This document shows, one piece after another, positions 40,045 to 49,101 of a stretch of DNA of 64,000 nt. A program made the position numbers and the translations under genes. The stretch is from positions 19,161-83,160 of the forward strand of contig JABISL010000038.1 of assembly GCA_018700055.1 (NCBI GenBank), written 5' to 3'. Under the pieces are notes generated by a model. The model had not been told where the DNA came from. It saw only the letters and a list, made by a program, of their open reading frames with translations, and made no database searches. Each line of letters opens with the position of its first letter. Position 1 is the stretch's first letter. Source of the stretch: a bacterium. GTDB taxonomy: Bacteria > Margulisbacteria > Marinamargulisbacteria > UBA817 > JABISL01.

Positions 40045-42003
40045 CTATTTAACGATTTTCAACTTAGCATCGAGTTGAATGGAGTCTACAGCATTGAATT
40101 GAAATTGAATGCTCATAAAGCGGCGGATGAGGTGGATTTGAATGAGGGAGGGTCTATCAATATGTCCGTTTTTAGTTAACCAGAGTGTTAAAAGTGCATT
40201 TTCACGTCTAAGATACTCGGCTTTTACTTCAGGGCCATGGGCATTATCATTACTTTCTAACCCGGGAAATCCAGAATAATAAAAGCCGTCAGTGTTTGTT
40301 TCATCTGATCGTTGGATTTGTCTAGAAACTTGGCTGGTACTGGCATGTCCTTCTGGTGAAGCTATTGAAGTTGGCATTAGCCCTCCCTTGTAATCTTTTC
40401 CGTTGATTTTATGAGGAGTGTTAATAAACGCTTTCCAGGTGAGTTGGTCTTTACTAATTAGATTTAACCCTAGTTGGATGTGCACAATTGCAGCGGTGTT
40501 GCGGTATGATTCTGTGACGAATAATAAGAATGATAGGTGTCGTATGAATTGGTTGAGCGCGGTTTTTTCTCGTTGAGTCAGTTGGATGGGAGGCGTAGGC
40601 GTCTTGCCCTCTAATGCTCCTAAAAGTGCTGTGGCAAACCATTTATCGGTTAGTTCCGGATGACCAGACTGTAAGCTTTCAATTTTTTTGTGAAGTCCAG
40701 AATATGAGCCGGCGCCCTCAGTATGCTCTAGAGGTTGGCCAAATTCGCTAATAGATGTGGATTCGGCGACTATGCCGCCATTGAAAATATAGGTGCGTGC
40801 AAATAGTTGTTCTTGGATTCGAACACCTAGGGCATTTAAATCTAAATGACGAAATAGTTTAGACGGCAAATCGCGATTTAGTACTTGTGGAAATAACTCT
40901 GTTTTTAGGTATCGCCACATGGACCGATTAACGAGCCTTACCATGATTAAAGATTGCTGGCAGGGCGCTTGGGGTAATGGAGCAACTGGAGCCGGATGGA
41001 TTGTCGTGCCTAGCTCATAAGGAAAAAATCGCTCTTTAGTATCGTTTAGTTTTTTGAGTCCGGCTAAGAAGAGATCTGTCATAGTAAATAATAGGTCTTT
41101 TTTTAAAACGCTCATGTTAAGGGGCGCACGAGCTTTGAGAAGGTTAAACGTAAGCTTTCTATATTTTTCAGGCACCTGGTCTAGTTTTGTTTCCCAGTCG
41201 GGCCTTGGATATCGACTGTTGTCTAGAATTGCATCGGTCTTGTTTTTTCGTATAAATCTAACGGTTTTTACCCTAAGTATTAAGGGAAAGGCTTCTTCAG
41301 GGTCTTCAGTTCTTACCAAAACCTCATTAGCCTCAGAGTATATGGGACTAGCTGTACAAATCGCATCTACTTTGGTCATCTGTTTAGTGGGAGACCCATT
41401 TTTTTTGATTAATTTGGTAGGATGGTTCATTTTTAGTACTAACGTTTCTGGGTCATCTTTAGAGGGGGCCCAAACATTACAATTTAAGCCCTCTTGCAGA
41501 GTGTCAAAATATTTTTTTCTTTGGATAGATTTATATTCTTTGTTTTCTTCATATGCTATTGCCATTAATTTGTTTGGTGGGTTGGTTTTAAATGGGGCAT
41601 CAGGGATGAGCTCTGCAGTTTGGATAAGACGCTCGATAATGGGATCGAGTTTTGGATCTATTAGATCTATTAATTCGGAGTCAATATTATTGCGAAAAAC
41701 AAGATGAGTTTTGGTATATTCTTGTATCACCTTTCTAAGTTCTTTTAATTCTTTTTCAGGAATGGCTTTAATAAAAACATCCATCATTTGTTCGCTAACC
41801 TCTGGGGGGAAATAGTCATTAAGAAAAGGTTCGAATGCTAGCTGTAGTGCTTCGCGATAGGTATTTAGTTTGTTAAGTCCAAACGGGTCAATTTCAGCCT
41901 TATGTAAAAGGTCGGCTTTTTGTGCGTCGTAGGACTCTTTGAGCGCTGGGTTTTTAACTAGAGCTGCACCCATTTTGGGTAAACTGTTCTGTACGGTTAG
42001 CAT
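40045..42003 (-). CDS. Large hypothetical protein (start probably ATG 42003)
   Basis: Open frame of about 650 codons; no family recognised. Confidence 0.7.
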   Translation of the reverse strand: MLTVQNSLPKMGAALVKNPALKESYDAQKADLLHKAEIDPFGLNKLNTYREALQLAFEPFLNDYFPPEVSEQMMDVFIKAIPEKELKELRKVIQEYTKTHLVFRNNIDSELIDLIDPKLDPIIERLIQTAELIPDAPFKTNPPNKLMAIAYEENKEYKSIQRKKYFDTLQEGLNCNVWAPSKDDPETLVLKMNHPTKLIKKNGSPTKQMTKVDAICTASPIYSEANEVLVRTEDPEEAFPLILRVKTVRFIRKNKTDAILDNSRYPRPDWETKLDQVPEKYRKLTFNLLKARAPLNMSVLKKDLLFTMTDLFLAGLKKLNDTKERFFPYELGTTIHPAPVAPLPQAPCQQSLIMVRLVNRSMWRYLKTELFPQVLNRDLPSKLFRHLDLNALGVRIQEQLFARTYIFNGGIVAESTSISEFGQPLEHTEGAGSYSGLHKKIESLQSGHPELTDKWFATALLGALEGKTPTPPIQLTQREKTALNQFIRHLSFLLFVTESYRNTAAIVHIQLGLNLISKDQLTWKAFINTPHKINGKDYKGGLMPTSIASPEGHASTSQVSRQIQRSDETNTDGFYYSGFPGLESNDNAHGPEVKAEYLRRENALLTLWLTKNGHIDRPSLIQIHLIRRFMSIQFQFNAVDSIQLDAKLKIVK

Positions 42004-42077
42004 GTGTTTAGTAGACCATAGTTGATTACGGATAAAAAGGCCCAAAACTAGAGGTCAGCGATGCTATAATAATCGCT

Positions 42078-43964
42078 ATGGAAATTTGGACTCGAATTAA
42101 GCGTGGATTAGGGAAGATATTGCCGATGCAAACCAGCAGGTTTGTGAAGTTTATGGTCTTTCTGCAGTTCTACTATATTTATCAGGTGGTAGCGACGAAC
42201 GATGTAGGGGGGATGAGTTTTTCTGTAGGTAGCATTGCGATGTTAGTAGGTAGTATGGCGTCGGTTTGGGCGTATTTTCAGCTGTGGAACGTGCTGTTCA
42301 GTGGCAGTAAGCGGCTGAACTTTATTGCTAATGTGGCGGGGCTTCTTTTTTATGACCTTTTGATTGCCTATCAGTTTGGATCGCATGAAGAGTTGGATTA
42401 TTCAGTCATTGCGGACAATGCGACAAGTGCATTTAGTCCAGAAGCATTTGACGTGATTATTAACTCTTTAGATGTGGGAGCTCTTCAATATTTTGTGTTG
42501 ATTGTGCTGGTATTTGGATTCTTAGAGCGACAAAGACGGACGATTACATTGAAGGGTATGCAAAGTAGCCCAGTCCGGTGGAAGCTATTGGGAGCCGTTG
42601 TTTTATATGGATTCTTTCTACTCAACCCATGGGGATCATTGGATCCAAACGTTAACTTTATTCGATCAGGAATTCGGTATTATACAGATGTAGTTGATCG
42701 GAAGGTTGTTGTTTTGCCTGAAGACTTGCCGCTCCTTAATTCCGATGGTCGTAACTTGTTGAGTGGATCAATACCCAAGCCTAAAAAGGCGCCTCATGTG
42801 TTTTTAATCATTGTTGAGTCCCTAAACGCGAGTGCGCTTGGGGCGAGCTCGCCTAAAGGGGTAGCGTATACGCCTTATATGAATACGTTAAATAAGCGGG
42901 CGATGTCTGTGGAGCCGTTCTATGCTAACTCGGTTCAGACGGCCAAAGGACACTTTGCTACATTATTTGCTGTAACCCCCAGTATGAGAGGGAAGGCGTT
43001 TACTCGTTATCCGGATCTGAGAATTAAGTCTATTGGATCGGCGCTGCAAGAAAATGGATATGGTACATCCATTTTTGCTGCGCATCACGATAAAGGGTTT
43101 GATAATACGGCTGGGTTTCTAAGTCGGGATCGTGGCTTCGATCGATTTGATATTGTAGAGCCTTGGTTAAGTAAAAAAGAACGCGCCCAAAAAATGAAGT
43201 GGGGTGTGGAAGACAAGGTCTTTTTTCGGCGTTTCTTTGATTATTTGGCGGACTGGAATCAAACGACTCCAAGTAGTCCAAAGTTTGTTGTTCTGACTAC
43301 GATAGCCAACCACTTTCCCTTTAACTCGATGTCAGATGATCGCAAGCTAGTATACCCAGATGCGTCTGGAATTCGTCAGAATTATGCCAATTCGGTGCGT
43401 TTAGTGGATGAAGGTATTAAGGTATTTTTTGAAGAGTTAGACCGACGTGGGTTGGCAGAAGATAGCATTGTAATTATTACAGGAGATCATTCGTTTCCTA
43501 TGGGAGAACATGGGAACTATCACTTAGAAGCGGGCTATCATGACGAGTCCTTTCGGATTCCTTTTTTCTTGTATTGGAAAGGAAAAGTGGCGCCTAAGCG
43601 GATTGCTCGTGCTCATTCACAATTGGATATCGCGCCCACGATTTTGGACTTGTTATCCATCAATCCTGGACCAAATACACTGCAAGGGCGATCGATCATT
43701 GATAAGAAGGCTGCCCAGCATCCGATTTATTTGGTTCAGCCTTATAGCGGCAAGCACCTCAGCATTATTCAATGGCCGTACAAATACCGATACTTCAGTA
43801 AGACCGGACAGGAATATTTCTACCATCTTGAAGAAGATCCGATGGAGAATAAAAATCGGATAGATAGTTTAAGTCCCGAGCGACTTCAAATGTATCGTGA
43901 AGGTATTCAAAAGATGTATATCAGTCAGTTCGTGATCGAAAAAGACCAGCTTTTACCTAAGTAA
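42078..43964 (+). CDS. LTA-synthase/sulfatase-family membrane protein
   Basis: Several N-terminal TM helices, HVFLIIVESL, TIANHFPF, IITGDH, SQLDIAPTILDL. Confidence 0.88.
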   Translation: MEIWTRIKRGLGKILPMQTSRFVKFMVFLQFYYIYQVVATNDVGGMSFSVGSIAMLVGSMASVWAYFQLWNVLFSGSKRLNFIANVAGLLFYDLLIAYQFGSHEELDYSVIADNATSAFSPEAFDVIINSLDVGALQYFVLIVLVFGFLERQRRTITLKGMQSSPVRWKLLGAVVLYGFFLLNPWGSLDPNVNFIRSGIRYYTDVVDRKVVVLPEDLPLLNSDGRNLLSGSIPKPKKAPHVFLIIVESLNASALGASSPKGVAYTPYMNTLNKRAMSVEPFYANSVQTAKGHFATLFAVTPSMRGKAFTRYPDLRIKSIGSALQENGYGTSIFAAHHDKGFDNTAGFLSRDRGFDRFDIVEPWLSKKERAQKMKWGVEDKVFFRRFFDYLADWNQTTPSSPKFVVLTTIANHFPFNSMSDDRKLVYPDASGIRQNYANSVRLVDEGIKVFFEELDRRGLAEDSIVIITGDHSFPMGEHGNYHLEAGYHDESFRIPFFLYWKGKVAPKRIARAHSQLDIAPTILDLLSINPGPNTLQGRSIIDKKAAQHPIYLVQPYSGKHLSIIQWPYKYRYFSKTGQEYFYHLEEDPMENKNRIDSLSPERLQMYREGIQKMYISQFVIEKDQLLPK

Positions 43965-43965
43965 G

Positions 43966-44313
43966 TTAGATTAAGAGACTGTCATGACTTTGAGAGGGGG
44001 AGGGGGTGTCAAAAGCCATCTGAACAAGTTGTGCCGGATTATGTCCTGGACTGCCTTCTTGTATCCGATCAATGACGGACTGGACCTTTTCTTTTAGATC
44101 CGCATCAGGTGTCGCTTGCAATAAGAGATCCAACTGTTGGGTTGCAAGGTCAGTGTTAAAGGCGTCGCCTTTATTGTTATGGGCTAAGCATTCTACACAG
44201 AGCTTTTCGACTTCGGTGCCAATTGTGTCTAATTGCGCAGGGTTAAAGTCGGGGGGGAGTTGGAAGTTAGAGGCTGCTGCTGCTGCTCCGGCGATTTCGG
44301 CGCCGTCGCTCAT
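43966..44313 (-). CDS. Hypothetical protein, 115 aa
   Basis: Start overlaps the upstream stop (TAATG). Confidence 0.65.
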   Translation of the reverse strand: MSDGAEIAGAAAAASNFQLPPDFNPAQLDTIGTEVEKLCVECLAHNNKGDAFNTDLATQQLDLLLQATPDADLKEKVQSVIDRIQEGSPGHNPAQLVQMAFDTPSPSQSHDSLLI

Positions 44314-44726
44314 TAGTCTAGGCCTCTAGCCTTAAGATCGCTTAGATTACCAGTAGATTTGAGTTGTTGGGCCAATCGGCGTTCTAATGTGAGTGCACTT
44401 GTTTTCTTTGTTTCAGAGGGTTCTACAGGGCGTCGAGATTGAACGATGCTACCGTGATAACTTGCGGCTAATGCAGCTTCGGAAATGTTAGATTTGTTTT
44501 TCTTTTTGGGGGATGAAGGACGGAAGTCGTCAGTTAAGTACTCAGAAGCCGCTTCTTCTAACACGCCTTCAGAGGCAATTAAAGAATTGAACTCAGTGTT
44601 GAGATGATTCAAGAAATCACTCGGACTCCCAGGTTGTGGCGCAGCGTTATGAGACTTGTGTCTACTTGCAGCGCGATTGGAAGCGTTTATTTGATGTTGT
44701 GGTATTCCTTGATTGTTTTCTGACAT
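44313..44726 (-). CDS. Hypothetical protein, 137 aa
   Basis: AAGGGG SD-like site; disordered Ser/Asn-rich N-terminus. Confidence 0.65.
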   Translation of the reverse strand: MSENNQGIPQHQINASNRAASRHKSHNAAPQPGSPSDFLNHLNTEFNSLIASEGVLEEAASEYLTDDFRPSSPKKKNKSNISEAALAASYHGSIVQSRRPVEPSETKKTSALTLERRLAQQLKSTGNLSDLKARGLD

Positions 44727-44888
44727 GCTCTGCCCCTTATCCTTTCTAGTATATATAGTCTTATTCCCCGTTCTTCATTAATAATAACGTAGTTCCGGTC
44801 TATTCTTTATGTATCGATAAAAGATGATATAAAATTAACTAAAAATTTTGATACCTATGACCGATTCTATCACAGTCAAATTTAAAGA

Positions 44889-44922
44889 CGAAATAAGTTC
44901 GCTGCTTCTTCAGTAGCAGGCG
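44889..44922 (+). repeat. Structured dispersed repeat, partial copy D (3' half)
   Basis: CGAAATAAGTTCG..TTCTTCAGTAGCAGGCG resembles copy A (CGAAATAAATTCG..TTCTCTCAGCCACAAGCG). Confidence 0.4.
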
Positions 44923-44933
44923 TATTTTCCGTG

Positions 44934-45893
44934 TTAAATATGTAGTACCGCAAGTTCAATAGCGCGTTTTGGGGGGAGTTTGCCTTGTTTGATTGCGGTG
45001 TCAGTTTCACTGAGTCGTGTATAAGCAGCCTTAGTTATGTGAAGGGAATAGTGATTACGAATATCCGGAACGATTTTGCTGAGATAGTAAGGGTTTTTTC
45101 CCAACGCCTTGGCGATGCTGTTCGGTGCTTCTCTATTCTGAAGCCTTAAGAGTACTTGATGATAGAGACGAATATTGGCCGTGATTAGACCCAAAAGCTT
45201 AATGGGATCATCGCCATTTTCCATGAGTTTTTTGACAGACTCGAGCATTACTTTCTTATTACGTTGCTTCATTGCTTCATTAAACGCAAAGATTGAGGTA
45301 CTTGTTTCTGCAGAAAGGGCATGGATGTCCTCTAATGTTATCGACTCGCGGTTTCCAATATAGACCATCAAGGCCTCTATTTCTTTTGCCAGTGTGCGTA
45401 GATTGGTTCCGCCAATTTCTTCAAGCCCCATCGCAGCGTCCTTGGTGATTGATTTATTTTTGGATCGCACCCGTGCGTGTATCCATTGGATGACCTTGTC
45501 TTGTTCCCAGCTTTTGAAGCTCTGAAATACAGTAGCGGTACTATTTTTTTTGATCCAGGCAGGGCCTTTTTTACGCATGTCGCAAGTCATGTCTACTAGA
45601 TAGATGACGAGAATATGTTGGTTTTGCTGCGCTGTTTTGGAAAGATCTTCTAAGATCGCGATGTCTTTTTTGTCGAGACTAGTGGTTAGGAATTTGGGAT
45701 TTTTGAGTAGGATTAATTTGTTTCCACCAAACATATCTATAGTAGCTACCAATCCCAATAGATCGTTGATGGTGCATTTACTAGAGGGGGACTCTAGGGT
45801 TAGGGCGGCGTGTTTTTGACGAAGGTCAGCAACAGCTTCTTCCACCAAAAAACTCTCTTCCCCATATAAAAAATGAACATTCGGATTGAGCAT
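44934..45893 (-). CDS. holA: DNA polymerase III delta subunit
   Basis: HFLYGEESFL, DMFGGNKLI, EIEAL..Y, D.AIKQG. Confidence 0.9.
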   Translation of the reverse strand: MLNPNVHFLYGEESFLVEEAVADLRQKHAALTLESPSSKCTINDLLGLVATIDMFGGNKLILLKNPKFLTTSLDKKDIAILEDLSKTAQQNQHILVIYLVDMTCDMRKKGPAWIKKNSTATVFQSFKSWEQDKVIQWIHARVRSKNKSITKDAAMGLEEIGGTNLRTLAKEIEALMVYIGNRESITLEDIHALSAETSTSIFAFNEAMKQRNKKVMLESVKKLMENGDDPIKLLGLITANIRLYHQVLLRLQNREAPNSIAKALGKNPYYLSKIVPDIRNHYSLHITKAAYTRLSETDTAIKQGKLPPKRAIELAVLHI

Positions 45894-45961
45894 GACCGCT
45901 ATTATAGGGCATTACGATTTTTATTTGGAGGTCACAGGTCTAGTGTTACAATAAAAAAAGT

Positions 45962-46570
45962 ATGCGACTTATATATACGTTAATGGTGATGGCAATGTTG
46001 AGCGGGGCTTTTGGTGGCGTTATGGCCCAAGAGCTTTATGAAGACGATGTTCCGAAAACAGAGGTTAAGGCCGCTGCATCTGCGAGTGCGCAGGTAAGTG
46101 CGGTTGTCCCTCAATACACGCCTGTTACAAAGAGTGATGACGTCACACTGAGTAAAAGACGAGTGTCTTTGGATTTAGAAGGATTGCTTTTAAGAGGCGA
46201 TTTTCAGTTTGCATACGAGATTTCTCAGACTAAGGATCTATCTTATTTGCTTACAGCTCACCTAAACCCCCACGCTACATTTAATGATATTACCGGCTCA
46301 TTTGGGTTTGGTGGTGGGGCCAGGCTTTATATAGAAGATATTGCCCCAGGTTTCTTTACTCAAATTGTGGGTGGATTTAATACCAAGCAGGGCGATACTA
46401 ATTTGTTTGTTGAAGCGGGCGCTGGAATCTCTTATGTTTGGCAAAAAACGATTTCGTTTGAAGTGGCGGCTGTTGCGCAGCGTTCTTATCACCCGAGTGA
46501 CGAAGAGCCAGTGTTCTATCTAAACACAGCTGTATCCGTCGCTTTGGATAAGCCTTTTATTTGGTGGTAG
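45962..46570 (+). CDS. Secreted small outer-membrane beta-barrel protein
   Basis: Signal peptide and alternating beta strands (GFGGGARLY, FVEAGAGISY). Confidence 0.6.
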   Translation: MRLIYTLMVMAMLSGAFGGVMAQELYEDDVPKTEVKAAASASAQVSAVVPQYTPVTKSDDVTLSKRRVSLDLEGLLLRGDFQFAYEISQTKDLSYLLTAHLNPHATFNDITGSFGFGGGARLYIEDIAPGFFTQIVGGFNTKQGDTNLFVEAGAGISYVWQKTISFEVAAVAQRSYHPSDEEPVFYLNTAVSVALDKPFIWW

Positions 46571-47552
46571 GGGTTTCTGAGGCGACCAAAGCCTCTTTTA
46601 CAACAGACTCTAGATTCGGATAACTGCTGGTGAGACGCAGGTCTTCAGGGCGAATACAGGTATAGCTAAAGAAGGGGTTGTTGATGCAATAGCGGTCCCA
46701 AGGTGCGAGTTGGATACGGAATATCTTTAATAGTAAGAAGATGAACCAGTGCGGGATTTTGATTTGAAACCATTGTTTTTTTCTAAGGACTTGGCAGAAT
46801 ACCTTTACGGCTTGTCGTTCGGTGATGACCGGTTGTCCAACAACAATACCTTGATGGAGGTTGGGTGTTTTGGCGAATTGTTTAAATAGAGAGGTATCAT
46901 CTGTTAGCATCGCTCCAATACAGACCTTAGAGATATCTTTGGCGTGCATTAAATGGAATGCCGCATCGAAGTAAAACCATTTCAGGACATTTACGTAGTT
47001 GAGGCCTGTTGGAATACCTTCGGATAAATGAGATTTGGGATAGTTTTTGGTAGCTCCCCAAACAGTGGTTGGGAAAATGGAGACGACTTTGTCTCTTAAT
47101 GGATGTTTGCAGATAGATTGATAGGCGCGGTATTTAGAACGTACATATGGCGTGCCTTCTGTTTCGGCGGCTTTAGTAGTAGAGGTGCTATTACCTAATA
47201 TACTGGCGGTAGAAAAGTACATAATACGCTGTATTTTTTTGGAATTGAGTGAGTTCAGCATGTCTAATGTTTTGTTTACATTGATATGAACAGTATGTTC
47301 GTAATCGCCCCATTCAGTCGCGATATGAATCAGGTGATCCATCTCTTGTAGAACAGGTTTGAGCGTTTCAATGGTTTCCATAGACCCCGCATGAAACGTT
47401 ACATTGGGATGGGTTTGAATGCCAGGTACCTTAAATCGAGCTTGGTCTCTACATAAAAGATGGAGCTCAAGTTCAGGGTTTTTTAATAGGTCTTCAACAA
47501 TGTGATGCCCAATACAGCCACTGCCACCTGTAATAAATATTTTTTGACTCAT
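46557..47552 (-). CDS. NAD(P)-dependent epimerase/dehydratase (extended SDR)
   Basis: IFITGGSGCIG, YFSTAS, YVRSK. Confidence 0.88.
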   Translation of the reverse strand: MSQKIFITGGSGCIGHHIVEDLLKNPELELHLLCRDQARFKVPGIQTHPNVTFHAGSMETIETLKPVLQEMDHLIHIATEWGDYEHTVHINVNKTLDMLNSLNSKKIQRIMYFSTASILGNSTSTTKAAETEGTPYVRSKYRAYQSICKHPLRDKVVSIFPTTVWGATKNYPKSHLSEGIPTGLNYVNVLKWFYFDAAFHLMHAKDISKVCIGAMLTDDTSLFKQFAKTPNLHQGIVVGQPVITERQAVKVFCQVLRKKQWFQIKIPHWFIFLLLKIFRIQLAPWDRYCINNPFFSYTCIRPEDLRLTSSYPNLESVVKEALVASETPTTK

Positions 47553-47578
47553 TTGAGCATTATATCAGAAGGGGCTGC

Positions 47579-49060
47579 TTAATTAAGCTCGATTCCGTAT
47601 TTGGTGGCTTTGTTATAAAAGGTTGTCCGAGAAATACCTAATGACTTAGCGGCGCGTTGGATATTGCCATTGGTGAGTCGATACGCTTTTTTTAGAGCTT
47701 CTTTTTCAAGGTCGTCTAGGGGAATGATGACGTTGTCGTCGGGAGCGGGAAGCTCTGCCAAAGATGGGTTGGCCCGCAACATCAGCGAGTCTTTCTCTCC
47801 GGGTTTTAACTGCATCAAAGCAGCGGTAATGGGCTGGCCATTTGCCATGATGATTGTGCGTTGGATGAGGTTCTCAAGTTCTCGAATATTGCCTTCCCAT
47901 AGTTGCTTTAACAGATAGGCTTGGGCATCGGATGTAAGTTGTGTTTCTGGGGTACCATATTGCTCTGTATAGACTTCCAAAAAGTGGATTGCTAAGGGAA
48001 TAATATCTTCTTTGCGATCTCGAAGAGGGGGTACATGAATGGGGAATACATTTATTCGATAGTACAAATCCAATCGGAATGTACCGTCATCCACTTCTTT
48101 TTTAAGGTCCTTGTTGGTGGCGGTCAGAATTCTGACATCTAATTTAATCTTGTCAGAACCGCCAATGCGTTCAATTTCGCGGTTTTGGAGGACGCGCAGT
48201 AGTTTAGTTTGGAGGTCTAGTGGGAGCTCTCCAATTTCATCGAGGAATAAGGTGCCGCCAGAGGCGAGTTCGAACTTCCCTAATCGTTTTTCGGTAGCGC
48301 CTGTAAAAGCACCTTTTTCGTGCCCAAATAATTCGGATTCAATGAGATCCTTAGGAATAGCGCCGCAATTGAGTGTGATAAAGGGTTTCTTTTTTCGTGA
48401 CGAGTGTTTGTGAATTTCATTGGCAATTACATCTTTTCCAGTACCACTTTCCCCTTCCAATAAGACGGTCACATCATTGTTAATAACCATTCCAATCGCC
48501 TTGTATACAGATGCCATGCTATCGCTTTGACCAATAAGATTTCCGAATCGTTCCGCACTTCGTTTTTCTTGGAGATACGATATTTGTTGGTTTTGTTGGC
48601 CAATCAACTGTTCTTTTTCAGCAGAGTAAATTTCAAAAGCAAGCAGCCCAAGGAGGTCTACAAGTGTACTGAGTCGCTGCATACTTTCCTCATCAGCCTC
48701 GTCAGTGTTGGATTCAGTGAATTTGAGTAGACTCGATTTGAGAGAAAAAATAAGCATGGCAGTATCTTTTGCAGTGAATCCGTTTTGGAAATGTGCCTCT
48801 CGAACGTTATGCCAAATTGCAAAGATAGGATCTAGCTCTTTGGGTGCTGGTGTTGGTAGATTGGGGTTGGCCACTGCCCCCATGAGTCGACTGAGAAGGT
48901 CTTTGGAGAGCGTGTTTATTTCAGCATCAGCTGTGGCAAAGTGATCCGAAAACTGAGTATTTGTTGCACGTTCATTTTCCCAAACATCCAGGAATTGATT
49001 GTTTTTAAGGTCAAGTAAGTCGGCTTTTTCTACCGAAGGCTTTTCTGGATTGTCAGGCAT
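47579..49060 (-). CDS. Sigma-54-dependent Fis-family activator with an RsbR-N-like sensor domain
   Basis: GESGTGKD, ELFGHEKGAFTGA, LFLDEIGE, WEGNIRELEN, C-terminal HTH AAKSLGISRTT. Confidence 0.92.
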   Translation of the reverse strand: MPDNPEKPSVEKADLLDLKNNQFLDVWENERATNTQFSDHFATADAEINTLSKDLLSRLMGAVANPNLPTPAPKELDPIFAIWHNVREAHFQNGFTAKDTAMLIFSLKSSLLKFTESNTDEADEESMQRLSTLVDLLGLLAFEIYSAEKEQLIGQQNQQISYLQEKRSAERFGNLIGQSDSMASVYKAIGMVINNDVTVLLEGESGTGKDVIANEIHKHSSRKKKPFITLNCGAIPKDLIESELFGHEKGAFTGATEKRLGKFELASGGTLFLDEIGELPLDLQTKLLRVLQNREIERIGGSDKIKLDVRILTATNKDLKKEVDDGTFRLDLYYRINVFPIHVPPLRDRKEDIIPLAIHFLEVYTEQYGTPETQLTSDAQAYLLKQLWEGNIRELENLIQRTIIMANGQPITAALMQLKPGEKDSLMLRANPSLAELPAPDDNVIIPLDDLEKEALKKAYRLTNGNIQRAAKSLGISRTTFYNKATKYGIELN

Positions 49061-49101
49061 ACTGTTCAGATTTTATACACTTTAGGGTGTGTTTGGCAAG
49101 A

